Part shown: positions 55,250-64,000 of the stretch, one piece after another
Layout of the letters: each line of letters starts with the position of its first letter
How positions within the stretch are numbered: position 1 is the first letter of the stretch
The notes under the pieces: generated by a model
Told to the model about the DNA's origin: nothing
Database searches by the model: none
Seen by the model: only the letters and a program-made list of their open reading frames with translations
DNA from: the human T2T-CHM13v2.0 reference genome, Homo sapiens
Length of the DNA stretch: 64,000 nt
NCBI RefSeq assembly: GCF_009914755.1
Contig: NC_060931.1
Strand: one strand, 5' to 3'
Made by a program: the position numbers and the translations under genes

Positions 55250-55960
55250 TGTGGCAGCCACAAAATACACCACCTTTAGGGTATTCCTCTGAGAACCTGC
55301 TGTCCAGCTGCAGGGAGCACAGGTAACTGACAGCCTTCAACTGTAGCGCCATCAGCATCTGCATGGCATTCACTCTGGGTCACATTCTTCCTGGGTAACC
55401 CCCAGCCAATGACCGAGCAAGGAAGATATACTAGTCTGTTCTCACATTGCTATAAGGAAATACCCAAGACTGGGTAATTTACAAAGGTAAGAGGTTTAAT
55501 TGACTCACAGTTCAGCATGGCTGGGGAGGCCTGAGGAAACTTACAATCATGGCAGAAGGTGAAGGAGAAGCAAGCCACCTTCTTCCCAAGGTGGCAGGAA
55601 GGAGAAATGAACACAGGAGAAACTACCAAACACTTACAAAATCATCAGCTCTCGTGAGAACTCACTACCACGAGAACAGCATGGGAGAAAACACCCCCAT
55701 GATTCAATTACATCCACCTGGTCTCTCCCTTGACATGTGGGGATTATGGGGATTACAATTCAAGATGAGATTTTGGGTGGGGACAGAGCCAAACCAGATG
55801 AGAAGGGTACTGTAGGGCCTGGCTGTTTTGGCCCAATGCTGAACTGCTTCATCAGGCAATCTTTGCTCTGAAGCTGCTCACTGAGCAAGCCAAGCCCTGG
55901 TCAGCCGTCCTTTGCAACTGAAGGCTCTCCTGCTTTCTTCCTCTTTCATAGATGTCAACG
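55250..55960 (+). mobile_element. LTR16-family solo LTR interrupted by a THE1 LTR
   Basis: cccagccaatgaccgagc ... agggcctggctgttttggcccaatg ... gcaatctttgctctgaagct continues across the insert. Confidence 0.6.
55427..55801 (-). mobile_element. THE1C/D solo LTR
   Basis: THE1 consensus match; 5-bp TSD gaaga/gaagg. Confidence 0.9.
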
Positions 55961-56308
55961 GGCTGAAGGCTTTACCCACCCAATCCTGCTCCCCCTCCTC
56001 TAACAGCTATGACACCTTCCTAGTTTCACCCCTTCACCCATTCCAGTTTTACATAAGTTTTCCTCACTACACAGAGATGGTGCCACCAAGACCTTATTCA
56101 TTTTACAACCTTACTGGGATCCCCTAATGAAATCCCTCTGAGACTATAGCACAGTAGACCCTGGCAGAAGACAGGACCCGGTACCTATAAGATGCCTTTC
56201 CTATCTCACGGATCCAGACCATTGTCAGATTTTAGAGTTCCTAGTATGGAGAAAAGTCCCTTGGGAACAGTAGAACCTGGACTGAACTCTTTTAAAATAA
56301 GTAGGAGG

Positions 56309-56446
56309 TAGGCGCCTGTGGTCCCAGCTACTCGGGAAGCTGAGGCAGAAGGATCGCTGGAGCCCAGGATGCAGAGAGACACGATGGCGCCACTGCACTG
56401 CAGCGTGGGCAACAGAGTAAGACTGTCTCAAGAGAAAAAAAAAAAA
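56309..56446 (+). mobile_element. Alu right-arm monomer (FRAM/AluJ fragment)
   Basis: gcgcctgtggtcccagctactcgggaagctgagg...gactgtctc + A tail. Confidence 0.85.
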
Positions 56447-59208
56447 GTGACAGTGTGCAAAATGTTCATTTTATGTATACTTAGTGCCATGTGCTGACTA
56501 TGAAATATGATAGCATTTGTCATGAAATTACAAAAAGTGTTAAGGTGCTAGTTTGCACGTTTTCATGGAAAATGGGAGAAAGCAAGAGAACTCAAGGACA
56601 TGCACTACATTTGTTTTAGTTTTGTTTGAGTTGTGATTATCTCAGTGGCTCTTCTCTCCCTCACCCACCCACCTCTCCTATTTGTTCAATCTCTCTCCCT
56701 CGTCTGGTGCCTTAAAAGGGTCTCCATGCTTTGCATCCCTCCTCCACTCCACGATCAGGGACCCGCCCGGCATCACACGTTCTGCTTCAGCAACAATGAA
56801 CTGCTGGAAATTTCCAGCAACTCTTTTTCCTGCCAGTGCTCACACTGTACCCTTGCCTGTTAAGGTCTTACCTGTCTTCCTCGCACACCCCTGCCTCTCA
56901 CCTGCTCAGACGTCCCCTCCTGCCAGCAGCCAGTCCTGACCATCCCCTCTGTGATCTGCTAATGCCACTCCACCTGTCACATAGTTCGATCACTTAAAAA
57001 TGATCTGTTTTCCTTTGAAGTCTTTCATTGAACTCTGAATTACTTAATAAAAAGGTTTGTATATTATTTATTCCTGTTTTCCACCCGACACAGTACCTGG
57101 AACATAGTAGATGCTCAGCAAACATTGCACAAAAGAATAATGTGGAAAATAAATGGTTAAAACATAGAAAAATTTTAAAGATAGGGTATTTGGGTCACTT
57201 TTACTGTTTTCTGTCCCTACAATATGGCTGAATCATCCCCCATATGGCTCAACATTTTCTTAATTCTTTTAAAAGTACCCAACACTATATTGAGTGCTCT
57301 GGGGATCAAAATAATAGTATATATATTAAGGCTGGGTTTGAATCTCTGCTCTACCATTTACTAGCTGGGCAATTTATATAACATTTTAAAATTTCATCAT
57401 CTGTAAAGTGGAAATATTAAAGGTATCTTCTTCAAAAGTGACATTTGGAAGAAAAAAATAAAGTAATACATATAAAGCATATGAGATTCAGTAAGCACTC
57501 GGTTAGTGGTGAGTTGTTTTTGTTGCTTTTGCTAAGACCCAGGAACCCATTGTTTGAAGATCAGCATAGAGCACTAACTGGTTGGATGGGATTTCTGTTC
57601 TCTACTCAATGATTTGTTTATTCTTTAGAGACTGTCTGTCCCCTCTAGAGTCTATTATTAATATTTTCTAATGCCAATTTATGGGAGTTTTACTATTGTG
57701 CTGTTTCTCTAATAATAGCTAATTTATATTTTTAATTTTTAAAAGCCATTATGCTGGAAACAGAGCATTCATACAAACAATACACGAATGAATGTAGGTT
57801 ATACTGCAAAATAGCTGGTTACTATAATGTAGTTGTATTCCATGGCTTTAAGTTTAAAAATAACTTCGCATTTACTAGAGTGGACTTACCCTCCAGGCAT
57901 AAAATTTTAAAACCCAACAACTCCAGGCCTCCAGAGTCTTTACTTCCCACTAACTTCTCACCAGTGAAGGCGAAGCTAATGAAAAAGGATAGATGACTGC
58001 TTCTCAATTGGAAATGGATCCAAATGCCATCAAGGGAATTGGTGTCGGTATACAGATTTTACCTACTGTCACAGCCTGGTTGGGTGGAGGATGGGGAAGG
58101 TGGTGGTATCGGTCTACTTTTAGAGTTTTAAATGTTTCTCTGAATTCCTGTAGCAGACAATTTTGAGAAAATTTTGCCTAGAGAAAGAGTCTGAAACCAA
58201 AAAGCTAAGCAGAGGCAAAGGTTTGCAGCTTGGATCTTTAACATTAATAAGTCTGTTGCTTTTTCCTACCTCCCACTCCTGCTACCTGAAGAAGGTGAGT
58301 AGGAGGGGAGGGATGGTGAAAGAGGAGGGATATGGAGGGAAAAGGACATAAGTGGTGGTTGGGTAGATGACAGATAGTGGTTGTCTGCCTGCCGCCCATC
58401 TAGGTATGCCCCCACGGGTGGCCTCTGCTTTTGCCCACAGGGGACTCATTCACGCACAAAGGAAGATGACAGACAATTGGCCAGAACATAGAGCACTGAA
58501 ATGAAACACAAAGGCCACTCTTGGGCCTCTGTGTTTCATCACAATTATATTAGTTTGCTAGGGCGCCATCACCAAGTACCACAGACAGGTGTCGGAGATC
58601 AAGGTATCTATCAGCAGGGTTAGTTTCTTCTGGGATCTTTCCTCTTGATTTGCAGATAAGCGTTTTCTCCCTGTGTCTTCACATGATGTTTCCTCTATGC
58701 CTGTTGTATCCTAACCTCCTTTTCATATAAATTCACAATTGAGCACATAACTCCTATTTAATACCATATGTTGGAATAAAAAGCCTTATAGCAATGCATA
58801 GGATAGAAATTCTTTTCTTTAAAACTTAGAGTATTTTGCAGTAATGAAAAATGGTCCTGACATACAGAATGCCATCTAGCTTACACCTGCATGGGGCATG
58901 CACGGCATGAGGCATGAAGAAGAAAGAGATGAGCAATCCTTACCTGAAAAGAGACCACCCTCTCCTTTAATGGGAGGAGAAATTAAAGAATAATTTAATG
59001 GGAGGGGAAATTAAAGAAAAATGCCCATAGTTTGCTGCAAACACTATTGCTCAATTTAATACTGTAATGGAATCTACAATGTGTGTACAATCATTGTTAA
59101 CTATACCTTTATTATCTTTATAATGTTGAGTTAAAGAGCTTTCTGCTATTATGCATTAATAACTCCATCCCTAATGCCATCATGGTTCTAGTGTCCAGGG
59201 AAGGAGTC

Positions 59209-61921
59209 TGTATTAGTCTGTTTTCACACTGATAGAAAGAATACCACCAGAGACTGGGTAATTTATAAAGAAAGGAGGTTTAATTGACTCACAGTTCTGC
59301 ATGGCTGGGGGGGGCCTCAGGAAATTCACAATTATGGTGGAAGACAAGGCACATCTTACATAGCAGCAGGTGAGACAGAGAGAGAGAGAGAGAGAGAGAG
59401 AACAAACCAGGAAGTGCCACACTTTAAAACCATCAGCTCTCATGAGAACTCACTCACTATCATGAGAACAGCATGGGGGAAACCACCTCCATGATCCAAT
59501 CACTTCCCACCAGGTTCCTCCCTTGACACCTGAGGATTACAATTTGAAATGAGATTTTGGTGGGGACACAGAGACAAACCATATTATTTCACCCCTGGCC
59601 CCTCCAAAATTTCATGTCCCTTTCAAGTTTCAAAACCAACCATTCCTTCCCAACAGTCTTAAAGTCTTAACTCATTCCAGTATCAACCTGAAAGTCCAAG
59701 TCCAGAGTCTCATCTAAGACAAGGCAAGTTCCTTCTACCTATGAGTCTGTAAAATAAAAAGCAAGTTAGTTACTTCCAAGATACAATAGGGGGCCAGGTG
59801 CAGTGGCTCACACCTGTAATCCCAGCACTTTGGGAGGCTAAGGCAGGTGGATCACCTGAGGTCAGGAGTTCAAGACTAGCCTACCCAACATGGTGAAACC
59901 CCATCTCTACTAAAGATACAAAAATTAGCTGGGTGTGGTGGCTGGCGCTTATAGTCCCAGCTACTTAGGAGGCTGAGGCAGGAGAACTGCTTGAATGTGG
60001 GAGTTAGAGGTTGCAGTGAACCGAGATCGCACCAGTGCACTCCAGCCTGGGTGACAGAGGGAGACTCCATCTCCAAAAGAAAAAAAAAGATACAGTAGCA
60101 ATACAGGCATTGGGTAAGTATTCCCATCCAAATAGGAGAAATTGGCCAAAACAAAGGGCCCACAGGCCACATGAAAATCTAAAACCCAGCCGGGCAGTCA
60201 TTAAATCTTAAAGCTCCAAAATGATCTCCTTTGACTCCATGTCTCACACCCAGGGCATGCTGATGCAAGGCGTGGGTTCCCATGGCCTTGGGCAGCTCCA
60301 CCCCTGTGGCTTAGCAGGGTACAGCCCCTCCAGCTGCTTTCATGGGATGGCAATGAATGCCTGTGGCTTTTTCAGGTGCAAGGTGCAAGCTGTTGGTGGA
60401 TCTACCTTTCTGGGGTCTGGAGGATGGTAGCCCTTTTCTCACAGCTCCACAAGGCAGTACCTCAGTGGAGACTCTGTATGGGCACTCCAACCCCACATTT
60501 CCCTTCTGCACTGCCTAACAGAGGTTCTCAATAAGGGCTCCACCCCTCTTGCAGACTTCTGCCTGGACATCCAGGCTTTTCCACACATTCTCTGAAATCC
60601 AGATGGAGGTTCTGAAAGCTCAACTCTTGTATTCTGAATACTCACAGGCCAAACATCATGTGGAAGCTGCCAAGGTTTTGGGGCTTGCATTCTCTGAAGC
60701 AATGGCCTGAGCTGTACCTTGGCCCCTCTTAGCCACAGCTGGAGCTGGAGTGGCTGGGATGCAGGACACCATGTCCCAAGGCTGCACAGAGCAGCAGGGC
60801 CCAGGGCCCTGAGGACATTTTCCCTCTTAGGCCTTTGGGCCTGTGATGGGAGTGGCTACTTTGAAGATCTCTGAAAGGCCCTGGAGACATTTCCCCCATT
60901 GTCTTGGTGATTAACATTTGGCTCCTTGTTACTTACGCAAATTTCTGCAGCTGGCTTGAATTTCTTCCCAGAAAAATTTCTACCACATAGTCAGGCTGTA
61001 CATTTTCCAAATCTTTATGCTCTGCTTCCCTTTTAAATATAAGTTCCAATTTCAAACCATCTCTTTGTGAGCGCATGTAACTGAACGCTTTCAGAATCAA
61101 CCAGATTACCTCTTGAATACTTTGCTGCTTAGAAATTTCTTCTGCCAGATACCCTAAATCATCTCTCTTAAGTTCAAAGTTCCACAGATCTCCGGAGCAG
61201 GTGAAAAATGCTGCCAGTCTCTTTGCTAAAGCATAGTAAGAGTGACCTTTACTCCAGCTCCCAATAGGTTCCTCATTTACATCTGAGACCATCTCAGCCT
61301 GGACTTCATTGTCTATATCACTATTAGCATTTTGGTCAAAACAATTCAACAAATCTCTAGGAAGTTCCAAACTTTCATTTATCCTCTTGTCTTCATCTGA
61401 GCCTTCCAAACTGTTCCAACCTCTGCCTGTTATCCAGTTCCAAAGTTGCTTCCACATTCTCAAGTTATCTTTATAGCAGTACCACACTACCTTGGTACCA
61501 ATTCTCTGTATTAGTCCGTTTTCACACTGCTATGAAGAATACCACCAGAGACTGAGTATTTATAAAGAAAGGAGGTTTAATTGACTCATAGTTCTGCATG
61601 GCTGGGGAGGCCTCAGGAAACTTACAATCATGGTAGAAGGTGAAGGGGAAGCAAGGCACATCTTACATGCGGCAGGCAACAGAGAGAGAGAGAGAGACTG
61701 CAAGAGAGAGAGAGAGAGAGAGACAGAAAGCAAGAGAGCGAGAGCGAGCATCAGGAAGTACCACACTTTAAAACCATCAGCTCTTGTGACAACTATCATG
61801 AGAATAGCATGGGGGAACCACCCCCAAGATCCAATCACCTCCCACCAGGTTCTTCCCTTGGCACCTGAGGATTACAATGCAAGATGAGATTTCAGTGGGG
61901 ACACAAAGTCAAACCATATCA
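59209..61921 (-). mobile_element. Complete MaLR provirus (THE1D/MSTA type): LTR 59209-59586, internal 59587-61506, LTR 61507-61921
   Basis: Two similar LTRs; perfect 5-bp TSD gagtc 59204-59208 / 61922-61926; polypurine tract (reverse) at 59587; internal ORF remnant 60933-61487. Confidence 0.93.
59792..60086 (+). mobile_element. AluSx inserted into the MaLR internal region
   Basis: TSD aagatacaatag 59778-59789 / aagatacagtag 60087-60098. Confidence 0.95.
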
Positions 61922-62519
61922 GAGTCTTCCTCTTAAAATTCATGGAAAGGTCATATCTATCTAATCTCTCTCTGATGCTTCTTTTGGCAGTATCACTAAA
62001 GACATTTCCATCCCAGAGAGTAGATGTGGAGGATGTCAGATTCAGAGAGAAAAAATTATTTGTCATTGGTTACAACCACAAAACCATTTACTATAGTTTT
62101 AATATTGTGAATATCTGTTCTGATCCCAACAGATCATCAGTCAAGTAGAGAAAAATAGAACAAACTATTTCTAGAGTGTCTAAAGGATTCATTCTATCAT
62201 TTTAGTAGATGATATACATGACCATCAACATTCAGTCATTTCATGAATAAGACAAGACATTATAATTTACCTTAGAGTGAAGCTGTTCTCATAGAATTTA
62301 CATTGTGCAATTTTGCTTTTTCACATGAATAAATTAGGGGCTCAGGAAGCAGAAGGACAAATAAGGCAGAGAACAAGCAGGAAAAATAATTGAGGTAGGA
62401 CCAGTAATCCATGGAGGATCCCCAAGTTCAGGTGAAAGCATAGAATATATCTGAATGTGAGAGTTGAGCCAAAGATAGACTCATTTATCCATGGACTAAT
62501 GGATAGTCAAATACTAGTA

Positions 62520-62735
62520 AAAATAACAATAATAGCCATCATTTACAGGCTTACTCTTTGCTAGACTCTTTATATATTATATAATTTAATCTTTAGGACA
62601 TCTTAGTAAAACTGTTCTGCAGATGAGAAAATTGGGTCTCAGAGATGTCAAGTGCCTTTCTTAAGGCCCTCCAACTAGACAGGGGCAAAGCTTTTAATTA
62701 GATTTGGGCCTGTCTAATCCATTGATACAATCAAA
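62520..62735 (-). mobile_element. MIR fragment
   Basis: ctgcagatgagaaaattgggtctcagagatgtcaagtgcct core. Confidence 0.65.
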
Positions 62736-64000
62736 CAAAACCACTGTGCCCTGGATGGAAGTCATTAATTTAAGGGCAAGTAGAACTGGACACCTAGAAA
62801 CTAAGAGATCCAGGAGTTCTCATTGTATATTTGGGACTAGGTGGTAGAGGACATGAAGAACAAGGAATAGCTGGCTGGGAATGAAAGCACTGACCCTCCT
62901 GCAAGAGAAAAGTAAGACAGAAACCATGTAGTTGAAGAACCCAGATTCCAAAGGTTATCTCAAGCATTGTTTCAAAAATTGTTGACGAAGCAAATTACTC
63001 AGCTCTTCTCATCCAAAACCTTCTCGGCTTGGCGTAGACCTGGAATCCAGGGCAGGACTGAACCTCAGGGATGGGGACCAGTGTCCACCAGTGCACAAGG
63101 TGGAGAGGGGAAGGGAAGAAAGCCAAAAGGCCATTAATTAAACCCAGGGACTCCTGGCTCCCAGCAGGATCCTATTCTTTCTCTTCCCACAGTAAGAAGC
63201 TAGTGGGGAGATACAGACACCAGGTGAATCCCTCAGCTGACTAGTCAGCTGTAGGATAACTGGGAAAGTGAGAGGATCCTGCGTCCTCTTGAGGAAGTGC
63301 AGCTTTCTGCTGTCCAGGCTCTGGAGTCCCTGCTAGATTTGCTCACACACAGGACTTGCACTGGGCAGAAGTCTGTGGCACATGCCTTCAAAGCATTCCA
63401 TTAGCTGGAATTTAAAATTCTCTGACGGAAATCAGAATCCTGTCTGAAGGCAATTTTGCAACAGTGTGAGATGTGCATGAGGCTCCTGAAGGCCATGGAG
63501 CTGTTCCAGGCAATTCGATGAATGGAGTGTTCAGCCGGTCAGGGCAGGCACCCAATTTAAAACATGCAGGTGAATAACTGATGGGACCTCTTGCTCAAAC
63601 ATCTCGAATGCATTTTGCCAGGCTCTCCAAGTGTGTAAAAGTCTTGGAAAATAACATGAAATTGCCTTGACTGCACTCATAAAATGGCTGGATGTAAATG
63701 TCCTTTAAAAATAAAAATAAAAAAAACTAAAGAGCATTTTTAAGGCTTTTGCTTCACAATAGGATGAAAATGATTTGAGGTGGGAGCACAATGATGTCAG
63801 CGAAGTGTGGCTCAGCCACGCTTTTGGTAGTTAATGCAGTCAGAGACACGGAGGAAGTCAGAAAACCTATTCTAAAATGATGTCTTAATGCAAAAAGAAA
63901 AAGCAGTGATGTGTAAATAGATACTGAGTTGTGTATTCTATTATGCAGTTGAAGGAAATTGAGATCAGAACTGCCATTCTAAGAAAGAGTTGACACAGAT

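Overview
Primate (human or great-ape-like) genomic DNA dominated by interspersed repeats (L1, Alu, MaLR/ERVL LTRs, MIR/L2, Tigger1, MER5A/MER33/MER75). No intact protein-coding gene is supported. The one gene-like object is a CpG-island-headed, intron-containing partial copy of DPY19L2 on the + strand. It has exon 1 (ATG 44011, donor after 44337), a 25-nt exon 2 (46539-46563) and an 88-nt exon 3 (48534-48621). It is frameshifted in exon 1, has no recognisable exon 4, and appears to end in an intron-derived terminal exon (48822 to ~50060). From memory this layout best fits DPY19L2P4 (human 7q21, upstream of STEAP1); I could not verify that here. I found no new multi-gene system. The most notable signals are: a recent multi-junction templated insertion/deletion that removed the RT catalytic region of an old L1; two tiny insertions carrying poly(A) signals and flanked by TSD-like repeats; a germline-type promoter with a uORF and 5'UTR hairpin retained on the pseudogene; a possible segmental-duplication breakpoint near 32371; and a complete two-LTR MaLR provirus. 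Repeat subfamily names come from recalled consensus sequences, and boundaries of old repeats are approximate.
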